A stretch of 64,000 nt of DNA, taken from NCBI GenBank assembly GCA_023381615.1, contig JAMCQL010000013.1, positions 3,869 through 67,868 of the forward strand. The letters run 5' to 3'. The stretch's first letter is position 1, and each line of letters starts with the position of its first letter. This document shows positions 45,137-53,991 of the stretch, in pieces. The notes under the pieces are model-generated. The model saw only the letters and a list, made by a program, of their open reading frames with translations, did no database searches and had not been told where the DNA came from. The DNA is from Bacteroidota bacterium. Lineage in GTDB: Bacteria; Bacteroidota; Ignavibacteria; Kryptoniales; JAKASW01. A program made the translations under genes and the position numbers.

Positions 45137-46396
45137 TTACTTAAAGAACCCAATGAACAAAATGACATTTAAATAAGTAACCACCAGCCCGACAATCATG
45201 AGAACCGCGATCGTAAATTTCCCATTGGCGTATTCCCCCATGACGCGCTTGGAAGAAGTTAGATAGATTTGCAGAAAAATCGTGAACGGAAGCTGTATGC
45301 TCAGAACCATCTGGGAAATTATCAGCCCCTTAAACGGGTCTCTTATCAGGAAAACTATCAGTAGAGCGGCGACCAGCGAGATCAGGATTCCTGCGCGGCT
45401 GATTTTGTCTTTTATGTTGAATCCCTTTCCGAACAGTCCAGCAAAGATCGATCCGCCCGCCATACCGGAAGTAACGCTCGACGCAATTCCCGCAAAGAGC
45501 AAACCTGCTGCAAAGATAATCGAAGCGCTGCTCCCCAATAAAGGTTTCAGCAGCGCGTCTGCATCCTGGAGCGCGTTGACTCGAATATTCTTCTGAAAGA
45601 ATGTCGCCGCCGCTAAGAGTAACATCGCACAGTTGATTGCCCATCCGACGATCATCGAAAACAGAGTGTCGAAGAACTCGTAATCGAGCTGCCTCTTTAT
45701 GACACGGTCGTCTTCGAGATTCCATTGCCTGCTCTGGATTATTTCGGAATGTAGAAAAAGGTTGTGCGGCATAACGACTGCGCCGAGAACGCTCATGACA
45801 ACAACCATCGAACCCGGCGGGATTATCGGTCTGACCGCACTCACGAGCACAGTTCCCCATTGGATATTCACCAGTGCCAACTCGTAGATAAATGAAAGCC
45901 CAATCAATGACACGAAAGCGATTATCCATTTCTCCAGCCTCTTGTAAGAGTTCGTAAGAAGCATATAACTGACAAGCGCAACGACGAGGAAAGCTCCGAA
46001 CGCGAGTGGAATTCTAAAAAGCATATTGAGTGCGATTGCGCCGCCTAACACTTCGGCTAGCGAAGTGGAGATAGAGGCAAGAACCGCAGACCACAGGACT
46101 GAACGAGAGATCCATTTTTTCGTGTGAGCGGTGGCGGCTTCTGAAAGGCAAAGTCCAGTCGCTATTCCAAGATGCGCGACATTGTGCTGAAGAATTATCA
46201 GCATCACTGTGGAAAGTGTGACGACCCAAAGGAGGGGGTACCCGTACCACGATCCTGCTGCAACGTTCGTTGCCCAATTCCCAGGGTCGATGAAACCGAC
46301 GGTCACGAGAAATCCCGGACCGACATACTTCAGCAAGTCCAAAGCGCCGACAGACATACGGTGATTTTTATCCTTCAGGAAATGGCGAAAACTCAT
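45137..46396 (-). CDS. mntH: Nramp-family divalent metal (Mn2+/Fe2+) transporter
   Basis: The 419-aa product is multi-TM and has the signature GPGFLVTVGFIDPGNWATNVAAGS. Confidence 0.9.
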   Translation of the reverse strand: MSFRHFLKDKNHRMSVGALDLLKYVGPGFLVTVGFIDPGNWATNVAAGSWYGYPLLWVVTLSTVMLIILQHNVAHLGIATGLCLSEAATAHTKKWISRSVLWSAVLASISTSLAEVLGGAIALNMLFRIPLAFGAFLVVALVSYMLLTNSYKRLEKWIIAFVSLIGLSFIYELALVNIQWGTVLVSAVRPIIPPGSMVVVMSVLGAVVMPHNLFLHSEIIQSRQWNLEDDRVIKRQLDYEFFDTLFSMIVGWAINCAMLLLAAATFFQKNIRVNALQDADALLKPLLGSSASIIFAAGLLFAGIASSVTSGMAGGSIFAGLFGKGFNIKDKISRAGILISLVAALLIVFLIRDPFKGLIISQMVLSIQLPFTIFLQIYLTSSKRVMGEYANGKFTIAVLMIVGLVVTYLNVILFIGFFK

Positions 46397-46433
46397 AATT
46401 GGATTATAGTCTACTTACAAACTATTTCAAACC

Positions 46434-46600
46434 GAGGTTTTTCTCGCTCCCATGTGAGCGCCCCCGCCATGCGGGATCTTCGACTTGCGCCATCCCGTCT
46501 TTAGCGGGACTCTGCGTGGGAGCGGATATTACATCGCTCTGCGCCAAACAATAAAACGCAGAGCGTCTCAATAAATGTGTTACCGCGCGGAGCGTGGTAA
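46434..46600. repeat. Cluster of GC-rich palindromes in the yjbQ-mntH spacer
   Basis: Three inverted repeats are readable. The first is CGCTCCCATG...CGTGGGAGCG (46445-46523). The second is CGCTCTGCG-(13)-CGCAGAGCG (46535-46565). The third is TGTTACC-(11)-GGTAACA (46578-46602). Confidence 0.6.
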
Positions 46601-46733
46601 CAAGATTAAGTTGTTAAAAAAGCGAAGAACCTGTCGTTGCGAAGCGATCCGATGAAATCGGGGCGGCAAGGTCCCGTTTGCCCGAAGTTCCTTCTGAACA
46701 AAAACAAACACCTAACGATATATGATAAGTCTT

Positions 46734-47147
46734 CTATTCGCCTATTATCTTTATGATGACCCTTTTTCTCCGCTGCCCGTCGAACTCGGCATAGAAAACT
46801 TGCTCCCACGGTCCGAGGTCGAGCCTTCCCTTCGTAATGGGAAGAATAACTTGATGATGAATGAGAGTCCTCTTCAAATGCGCATCGGCGTTATCTTCGC
46901 CCGTGCGGTGATGTCTGTATTCCGGTTTGAAAGGAGCGAGCGTCTCAAGCGTATCCATCAAGTCCTGTTTAAGTCCCGATTCCTCGTCGTTCACCCAGAT
47001 GCCGCTCGTTATGTGCATTGCGCTGACGAGACAGAACCCTTCCTGCACCCCGCTCGCCTTCACATTCTTTTCTACATCGCTCGTAATATTGACAAACTCT
47101 TTTCTGTCCTTGGTATTGAACCAGAGATATTCTGTGTGCGATTTCAT
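46734..47147 (-). CDS. yjbQ: YjbQ/UPF0047 family protein (secondary thiamine-phosphate synthase-like)
   Basis: The 137-aa product reads [12 protein letters not shown]...[21 protein letters not shown]...NADAHLK. Confidence 0.85.
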   Translation of the reverse strand: MKSHTEYLWFNTKDRKEFVNITSDVEKNVKASGVQEGFCLVSAMHITSGIWVNDEESGLKQDLMDTLETLAPFKPEYRHHRTGEDNADAHLKRTLIHHQVILPITKGRLDLGPWEQVFYAEFDGQRRKRVIIKIIGE

Positions 47148-47170
47148 TTTAGCCTCGCTTTCAAAAGAAT

Positions 47171-49018
47171 TTACTTTTTAGGACTTAATATCATAAAACC
47201 ATATTCTCTGAGCGAAATTTCAAGCTTGCCGCTCTTAACCGGAAAGCGTTCGCCGGTGACATCGTCAATAAAATTTAAGTTGTTTAGACCACTCACGCTA
47301 ATCTTAATGTTCTTCTTCTCCAACTTTGAAAAATTGAAGACACAAACCGCGATCCTGTCGCCCAATTTCCTTTCAAACGCAAACACATTTCTTTCGTCGC
47401 TTGTGGGAAGCATCTTGTAATTTCCACGCTCGAGTTCCGGATGCGCTTTGCGTATATCGTAAATCTTTTCGTACAATTCTCTAAAACCATTTCGTTCGTT
47501 CCAGTCGATAGGAACTTGCTCGAATAAACTCAGACGTTTTGCATTGCCGACTTCATCGCCGTTGTATATCAGCGGGACGCCCGGCAATGTTGCGATGAGT
47601 GCGATGGTTAAACTGTCTCCGCCGGGTCCGTAACGTTCAATCGACGGCGCATCAAATGCGTTCTCGTCGTGGTTCGTGTTGAAGCGAAGTCGCAAAGCGC
47701 CTTTAGGATAAGTCCGACTTTCACGTTCGAGGACGCTGTCAATTGCTGAAGGGGGCGTCCTTCCGTTGAAAATCTTTCCGAGCACGTCGTAGATATTCCA
47801 TGAATAAGTGAGGTCGAATGCCTTCAAGTGCAGATCAGGTTTCGCTCCTTCTGCGAGCATCATGACTGGTTTGATGCTGTCGAGCACCGCGCGAGCCTCA
47901 TCCCAGAAGTCGAGCGGGACAAGTTCCGCAACATCGCAGCGAAAGCCGTCAATGCCCACATCTTTCACCCAATACTTCATCATTTTAATCATGTATTGGC
48001 GCAAACCCTTGTGCGAGTAATCGAGCTGTGCCACATCGGTCCAATCGGGATTCGGCGCAATGATCTTTCCGGTGCTGTCGTGCTTGTACCAATCCGGATG
48101 TTCCTTGATGAGAGGATTGTCCCACGCCGTGTGGTTGATAACCAAGTCGATAATTATATGCATCCCGGCGTGATGAACAGCTTTCACAAGTTTCTCGAAA
48201 TCGGCAAGTGTCCCATATTCAGGATTGATCTTGTAATAATTTTGAATTGAATACGGACTTCCGAGCGTTCCTTTCCTGTGTAACTTTCCGATTGGGTTTA
48301 TGGGCATAACCCAGAGAACCGTAACACCTAACTTCTTCAGCTCGGGAATTTTTCTTATGATTGAAAGGAAACTTTCGCCTTTCGAAAACGAGCGCGGATA
48401 CAATTCATAGATTACGGCGTCCTTCACCCATTCAGCGCTTGGCCGAGCATACTCTTTTGAAACATCAAGACGGGAAATCTTTGACAAATCCTCTCGTCGG
48501 ACGAGAGAGACCGGGGTGTAAATCTTCTCCATACCTGCAGGCCGATTCAGCCGAACCGCCAGAAAGTTCTCGCCATTCTTCAAAAGTCCGCGTGTATCAA
48601 AAGAGAGATCTTCTGAGTAGCCAACTGTCTTTCCGACTTCCTGTCCGTTCAGATAGAAAAACGCTTCATCATCTATTCCTGAAACATACAGAGCTAAATC
48701 TTCTTCCGGATTGTCAATGGAAAACTTCTTCGCGTACCATGTAACGCCTGAGGCTTCACGCCGGATGGAATGCCTCGTCCAGTAGTCCGGGATTTTGTAC
48801 TCTTTCCATCCTTCACCAAAATTGATTGCGTTCTGCCACGCTTCATCCAACCCGGCATTTGCGGGATCGTTCTTTGAATACCAGCCGTCATTGAGATTCG
48901 GTTCTATATCTTTCTGCATTTTGTTTTCCATTGCGTAAAGAGCGTGAACGTTCAGACAAAGAATAATCACGGGCAAAATAAATCTGTGTATCATTAAAGT
49001 AAACCCTCCTTCCTTCAT
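47171..49018 (-). CDS. GH13 alpha-amylase family enzyme with N-terminal galactose-binding-like domain
   Basis: All four GH13 conserved regions are present: [24 protein letters not shown] and FNTNHDEN. A signal peptide follows an internal Met ([21 protein letters not shown]). Confidence 0.85.
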   Translation of the reverse strand: MKEGGFTLMIHRFILPVIILCLNVHALYAMENKMQKDIEPNLNDGWYSKNDPANAGLDEAWQNAINFGEGWKEYKIPDYWTRHSIRREASGVTWYAKKFSIDNPEEDLALYVSGIDDEAFFYLNGQEVGKTVGYSEDLSFDTRGLLKNGENFLAVRLNRPAGMEKIYTPVSLVRREDLSKISRLDVSKEYARPSAEWVKDAVIYELYPRSFSKGESFLSIIRKIPELKKLGVTVLWVMPINPIGKLHRKGTLGSPYSIQNYYKINPEYGTLADFEKLVKAVHHAGMHIIIDLVINHTAWDNPLIKEHPDWYKHDSTGKIIAPNPDWTDVAQLDYSHKGLRQYMIKMMKYWVKDVGIDGFRCDVAELVPLDFWDEARAVLDSIKPVMMLAEGAKPDLHLKAFDLTYSWNIYDVLGKIFNGRTPPSAIDSVLERESRTYPKGALRLRFNTNHDENAFDAPSIERYGPGGDSLTIALIATLPGVPLIYNGDEVGNAKRLSLFEQVPIDWNERNGFRELYEKIYDIRKAHPELERGNYKMLPTSDERNVFAFERKLGDRIAVCVFNFSKLEKKNIKISVSGLNNLNFIDDVTGERFPVKSGKLEISLREYGFMILSPKK

Positions 49019-49064
49019 TTTGCTATTGGTATCGAGTAAACTTGAAGATCCCTTTCAGAACAAT

Positions 49065-49171
49065 TCCTTCTCCTCCCTTGTCCGATGGACTCCGAAGAGC
49101 CATACGGACTCCTTCGGAGATGGGTGAGCTTCTCCCGCTAATGATCGGAAAGATTGAGAGGAGGGTGATAA
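49065..49171. repeat. Intergenic palindromic repeat element (same terminal family as 45051-45131)
   Basis: The termini are TTCCTTCTCCTCCCTTG ... GAGAGGAGGGTGATAA. It has an internal inverted repeat CTCCGAAG...CTTCGGAG. The 3' terminus GAGGGTG pairs with CACCCTC at 49194-49200. Confidence 0.55.
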
Positions 49172-49346
49172 TTGGACTGAATGCAGTATTTTTCACCCTC
49201 TCTTTTTTTCTCCCCCATCGAGGAAGAGGGAAGGTCAATCAGCAATCGTATCACATACTTCATACAAAAAATAAGGACAAGCACTCCGTCCGTGAGTATG
49301 GACAGACTACCAGCCCTTGACATCAACGGTCTTGTCATTATATATA

Positions 49347-49865
49347 TCAGCGATATTGCTTCAAGAAGTCAAGCCTGTCCTTCAACTGCGATGCAGGAAT
49401 CAACAGCTTGTCTTTTCCATAAATCGCATCTTTGGGGTTGGTGAAAGTGAGTTCGAATTCCTTGCTCATAATTATCGCTTCTTCCGGACACACTTCCTCA
49501 CAGAATCCGCAGAAGATGCATCTCAGCATGTTTATCTCAAAAAGTTTAGGATAACGCTCTTTATCAAGTTCTGTCTCCGCAGCCTGGACCTGAATAGCCA
49601 GCGAAGGACAAACGCGCGCACAAAGTCCGCAGGCGACGCAGCGTTCGACGCCTGTCTCATCCTCCATGACAAGAACCGGTCTGCCGCGAAATACCGGCGG
49701 CGGAATCCAGCGCTCTTCCGGATACTGCCGGGTGAACTTCGGCCTGAAAAAAACTCTGATGGTGATCGACATTCCGCGTAGAATCTCAGGAAAGTAGAGC
49801 CTTTCCCACAGCGACATCTTAGGTTTTATTCTTTCATTTCCATTTTCTGACATTTCGTACCTCAC
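49347..49865 (-). CDS. nuoI: NADH-quinone oxidoreductase subunit I (2x[4Fe-4S])
   Basis: The product reads CVACGLCARVCP and CIFCGFCEEVCP. Confidence 0.9.
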   Translation of the reverse strand: MRYEMSENGNERIKPKMSLWERLYFPEILRGMSITIRVFFRPKFTRQYPEERWIPPPVFRGRPVLVMEDETGVERCVACGLCARVCPSLAIQVQAAETELDKERYPKLFEINMLRCIFCGFCEEVCPEEAIIMSKEFELTFTNPKDAIYGKDKLLIPASQLKDRLDFLKQYR

Positions 49866-49866
49866 A

Positions 49867-50886
49867 TTACTTAACTGCTAACATGACCGCGCCGGTGCCA
49901 AGAAGGTTCAGGATAGCAAGCGGAAGAAGGACTTTCCAACCGATATTCATAAGCTGGTCATACCTGAAACGCGGCAGAGTCCATCTGACCCACATGTAAA
50001 TAAATATGAATATTCCGGTCTTGAACATAAAAGTCACGACCTGTACCAACGCCGCAATGTTCGGCGACATCGAAGCATAATTTACAAATGGGAGCGACCA
50101 ACCGCCGAAATAGAGCGTGGCCATCAAAGCGCTCGAGACGATCATGTTCGTGTATTCCGACAAGAAGAAGAGTCCCCACCGCATTCCGCTGTACTCCGTA
50201 TGATAACCGCCGACGAGTTCAGGCTCGGCTTCCGGCAAATCGAACGGGAGACGGTTTGTTTCAGCAAATGCCGCCACGAAGAACACGAGGAAACCAAGCG
50301 GTTGATAGAAAATATTCCAGTGCCACCCGCTCTGCGCTTCGACGATTTTGTTAAGCTGCAGTGTCCCATTCACCATCAGAACGCCGATGATGCTGAGTCC
50401 AAGCGAAAGCTCGTAGCTGATCATCTGTGCGGACGAACGCAGACCGCCAAGGAGCGAGTACTTGCTGTTGGAACCCCACCCGCTGAGTGTAATTCCATAC
50501 ACGCCGAGCGATGACAGCGCGAGGATGTAGAGTACACCGACATTCACGTTTGCGATCATCAGGCTTATTTTTTGTCCTCCGATCACGATATAATTTCCGA
50601 ACGGTATTACCGCGAGCGCAGAAAGCGCAACCGTTATTGAAATTACCGGCGCGAGAGCGTGAATAAATTGAGTGGCCTTTTCCGGAACGATCTGTTCCTT
50701 CAACACGAGTTTCAGAATGTCGGCGAAAGGTTGAAATAATCCTTTCGGGCCAACCCGGTTGGGTCCTATTCTGTCCTGCATGTATGCGCTTACTTTTCGT
50801 TCGAGCAAAACGAGGTACGCAACAGTTCCGAGAACTACTAAGACCAAAACGATGATTTTGACCAAGGCTTCAATGGCAATCGTCAT
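49867..50886 (-). CDS. nuoH: NADH-quinone oxidoreductase subunit H
   Basis: The 339-aa product is multi-TM and reads RKVSAYMQDRIGPNRVGP, AETNRLPFDLPEAEPELVGGYHTEYSG. Confidence 0.95.
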   Translation of the reverse strand: MTIAIEALVKIIVLVLVVLGTVAYLVLLERKVSAYMQDRIGPNRVGPKGLFQPFADILKLVLKEQIVPEKATQFIHALAPVISITVALSALAVIPFGNYIVIGGQKISLMIANVNVGVLYILALSSLGVYGITLSGWGSNSKYSLLGGLRSSAQMISYELSLGLSIIGVLMVNGTLQLNKIVEAQSGWHWNIFYQPLGFLVFFVAAFAETNRLPFDLPEAEPELVGGYHTEYSGMRWGLFFLSEYTNMIVSSALMATLYFGGWSLPFVNYASMSPNIAALVQVVTFMFKTGIFIFIYMWVRWTLPRFRYDQLMNIGWKVLLPLAILNLLGTGAVMLAVK

Positions 50887-52586
50887 GATACCAATGCTTC
50901 TTCTTTGGATTTTTTTCCGATGGATCCCGACCCTTGTCGGGACAATAACGCTCCGCGGTCGCCGAGCTTAGCGTACGAGAGTCCTTTGAAACTCGGAGCG
51001 ACCTGAGCGATTTCATCAAATACTTTTTGAGCGGATTGATAGCGCATCTTTCCGCCAAGCAAATTACCTACAGCCGATATTATTTCCCACGATGAGCGCA
51101 CGTTTCGCCGCGGGCCTTTGTTCCATTTGTCGAACGCGCTTCCAAATTTATCGAGACGACTCATCGTGAATCTTCCGGGAACGCGCTCCTGCTCAAGCGT
51201 CGAGACCGCAGGCCGGAACATCTGTACCCGTCCGAGGAAATTCACGAACGTGCCGTACTTCTCCGCAAAAGTCGCGCTGGGAAATACGACGTCCGCAAGC
51301 TGTGTCGTCTTCGTCTTGACCCAGTGATTCACGATCAGAACATCGAGCTTGGTCAGGAGTTCTTCAATCTCTTTCGAAGCCGCGATATCATCATCCATTA
51401 CATAAAGCGCTTTGATCTTTCCAGCCGCGATCAATTCAAAAATTTTCTTCGAATCGACTCCCTTCGAGGAGACAACTCCGGCTTCGCGCGCACCGCAGCT
51501 GTTCGGAGTTTTGTCGGCGCGGATCAGTAGATTATCCTGGTCGCCTTCAATAGTGTGCTGCAGGAAATCGATGTTCGTCGTCCCGAGCACCTGCTTCGCA
51601 AATTTCTGCAGGATGTAGTTGTCTTCAACGGAAGAGTAAGCCGACCCGAACACAGCTATTTCGTCTTTTGAAAAAGGTTTCAATGCGTCGGCGGCGTGCG
51701 CGAGCGATTCATCCCAACCAGCCTCCTGCAAAACGCCATCCTTGCGAACTAACGGAGAGTTCAAGCGTTCAGCGGAGTTCACTTCTCTGAACGAGTTCAG
51801 CCTGCCGTTGTCACACATCCAGTAGCTGTTGACTTCCGGATTGAAACGCGGCGTGAGGCGAAGAATCTCGTTGTTCCTGACCCAGATGTTGATGTTGCAG
51901 CCGCGCGAACATCCCGCACAGATTCCTTCCGTCGAGGAAGTCTCCCATACTCTTGCCTTGAATCTGTAGTCGCGGTTTGTGAGGGCGCCGACAGGGCACA
52001 CATCGATCACATTCATCGAATATGGATCGTTGAGTTCCTTTCCGGGGAATGTATCAATGTAAACTCTATCGCCGCGTTCGACAAATGTCAAAGTCGGGTT
52101 CTTCACCACCTCGTCCATCACGCGAATGCAGCGAGAGCATAAAATGCAGCGTTCCGCATCGTAAACGACATTCGGCCCAAGCGGAACTCGTTTCGGCTTC
52201 TTGTTCTTGGCCTCTTCGAGAGCGCTGTGTCCAGGACCGTAGCTGTAAGTGTAATCCTGAAGATTGCACTCGCCGGCTTCGTCGCAGATCGGGCAATCGA
52301 GCGGGTGGTTGATCAGTATAAACTCAAGGACAGCTTTTCTAGCTTCAATGGCTTTCTCCGAGTTTACGTGTACCACCATGCCGTCCGATACTTGCGTTGC
52401 ACATGCGATCGCAAGCTTCGGCATCTTTTCAATTTCGACGAGACACATTCTGCAATTTCCGGCGACTGACAATCCCGGATGCCAACAGAAATGCGGTATC
52501 TCTATCCCTGCTTGTGCTGCTGCACGGATTATCGTCGTTCCATTTTCGACTTCTACAGTTTTACCTTCTATAGTTACCTTAGGCAT
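50883..52586 (-). CDS. nuoG: NADH-quinone oxidoreductase subunit G-like (short form, 567 aa)
   Basis: The N-terminal 2Fe-2S region reads CWHPGLSVAGNCRMCLVE. A His-ligated cluster reads HPLDCPICDEAGEC. A 4Fe-4S region reads CILCSRCIRV...CPVGAL. The molybdopterin-like domain is shortened. Confidence 0.85.
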   Translation of the reverse strand: MPKVTIEGKTVEVENGTTIIRAAAQAGIEIPHFCWHPGLSVAGNCRMCLVEIEKMPKLAIACATQVSDGMVVHVNSEKAIEARKAVLEFILINHPLDCPICDEAGECNLQDYTYSYGPGHSALEEAKNKKPKRVPLGPNVVYDAERCILCSRCIRVMDEVVKNPTLTFVERGDRVYIDTFPGKELNDPYSMNVIDVCPVGALTNRDYRFKARVWETSSTEGICAGCSRGCNINIWVRNNEILRLTPRFNPEVNSYWMCDNGRLNSFREVNSAERLNSPLVRKDGVLQEAGWDESLAHAADALKPFSKDEIAVFGSAYSSVEDNYILQKFAKQVLGTTNIDFLQHTIEGDQDNLLIRADKTPNSCGAREAGVVSSKGVDSKKIFELIAAGKIKALYVMDDDIAASKEIEELLTKLDVLIVNHWVKTKTTQLADVVFPSATFAEKYGTFVNFLGRVQMFRPAVSTLEQERVPGRFTMSRLDKFGSAFDKWNKGPRRNVRSSWEIISAVGNLLGGKMRYQSAQKVFDEIAQVAPSFKGLSYAKLGDRGALLSRQGSGSIGKKSKEEALVS

Positions 52587-52797
52587 TCCGTCCTACCATT
52601 TTTAACAAAACAAACTAACAAAAATATTGTTACCCATGCAACAACTCATAAATTATCACCGTTTCTACAAACATTCGACTCCTACGGAGCCGAGCCTTCT
52701 TTCGCCATCAGAAATTATCATTACAAAGCTCCGCCAGGGGCTTCACGTTTGTAGCCTTAGCATTTTTCATGTCAAATAGAACTCCGTAGGTCTACGA

Positions 52798-52831
52798 CTC
52801 GACGAGCCGAGCCGTCGGCCTCGTAGAGGAG
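52798..52831. repeat. 34-bp repeat core CTCGACGAGCCGAGCCGTCGGCCTCGTAGAGGAG (second copy)
   Basis: It differs from 45076-45109 only by four transitions. It lies in the ald-nuoG spacer and is embedded in a larger ACTCC...GGAGT inverted repeat. Confidence 0.6.
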
Positions 52832-52875
52832 TTCAACCGCCGTTGCATCCATTCTGTCGAATATACAATCAAGTT

Positions 52876-53991
52876 TCAATTCAAAACTTCTTCGACCGGC
52901 GTGTACTCGAAATCAAACGCTTCGGCGACATTCTTGTATATAATCTTGCCATAAGCCATGTTCAATCCGAGTTTAATTTCGTTGTTTGTCTTGACTGCCT
53001 TTTCCCAGCCGCTTCCGGCAATTTCAATTGCGTAAGGAAGTGTCGCATTCGTCAGCGCAATTGTCGATGTGAACGGAACCGCACCCGGCATATTAGCCAC
53101 GCAGTAATGTAAAACGCCGTCGACGACGAAAGTCGGATTCTCGTGCGTCGTCGGATGACATGTCTCGATGCATCCGCCCTGATCCACAGAAACATCAACG
53201 ATCACAGAACCTTCCTTCATATCTTTCAGCATCTCTCTTGTAACAAGCTTCGGAGCCTTTGCGCCCGGAATCAGAACCGCACCGATCAAAACATCCGCGC
53301 GGGAGGCGGCTTTCCGAACGTTGTACGGATTCGATGCGAGCGTCATAACATTTTTTGGCATCACGTCATCGAGATAGCGAAGCTTCTGCAAGTTGCTGTC
53401 GAGGATCGTAACTCTTGCGCCAAATCCCGCGGCGATGCGCGCGGCGTTCTGACCTACAACTCCGCCGCCGAGAACGACCACATCAGCCGGTTCAACGCCG
53501 GGAACTCCGCCTAAAAGAATTCCTCTTCCGCCCATCGTCTTCTCAGCATACTTTGCGCCTTCCTGCGGAGCCATTCTTCCTGCGACCTCGCTCATCGGGA
53601 TAAGAAGAGGAAGAGAATTGTCCGCCTTCTGAACTGTTTCATACGCAATGCAAATTGCTTTCGACTTCATCATCGCCTGCGTCAATTCCTTGTTCGCCGC
53701 GAAATGGAAATATGTAAAGACTATTTGCCCTTCCCTGATCAGTTTGTATTCGGGTTTGATCGGCTCTTTCACTTTCATAATCATATCTGCGGAGCCGTAA
53801 ACTTCTGCCGCTGTCTGAATGATCTTCGCGCCGACCTTCTTATAGAGTTCATCCGGGAATCCGCTTGCGAGACCGGCATTTTTCTCGACGATAACTTTGT
53901 GGCCGTGAGCAATCAAAAGCTCCGCGCCGGCAGGCAGCAATGCCACCCGATTTTCATTTGGCTTAATTTCTTTAAGTAACCCGATAATCAT
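52876..53991 (-). CDS. ald: Alanine dehydrogenase
   Basis: The 371-aa product opens MIIGLLKEIKPNENRVALLP and has the NAD-binding motif VVVLGGGVVGQNAARIA. Confidence 0.95.
   Translation of the reverse strand: MIIGLLKEIKPNENRVALLPAGAELLIAHGHKVIVEKNAGLASGFPDELYKKVGAKIIQTAAEVYGSADMIMKVKEPIKPEYKLIREGQIVFTYFHFAANKELTQAMMKSKAICIAYETVQKADNSLPLLIPMSEVAGRMAPQEGAKYAEKTMGGRGILLGGVPGVEPADVVVLGGGVVGQNAARIAAGFGARVTILDSNLQKLRYLDDVMPKNVMTLASNPYNVRKAASRADVLIGAVLIPGAKAPKLVTREMLKDMKEGSVIVDVSVDQGGCIETCHPTTHENPTFVVDGVLHYCVANMPGAVPFTSTIALTNATLPYAIEIAGSGWEKAVKTNNEIKLGLNMAYGKIIYKNVAEAFDFEYTPVEEVLN

Noticed and set aside
45330-45929. A 199-aa minus-strand ORF in an alternative frame inside mntH.
   Set aside because: It is on the same strand but out of frame with a well-supported Nramp gene. 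Its composition is Arg/Gly/Cys-rich and unlike real proteins.
46397-46620. The mntH leader as a yybP-ykoY manganese riboswitch.
   Set aside because: I could not find the conserved GGGGAGUAG-type and paired loop cores by eye. The closest string is GGGAGCGAG, which belongs to a palindrome also present downstream of mntH. It is left as an open question, not a call.
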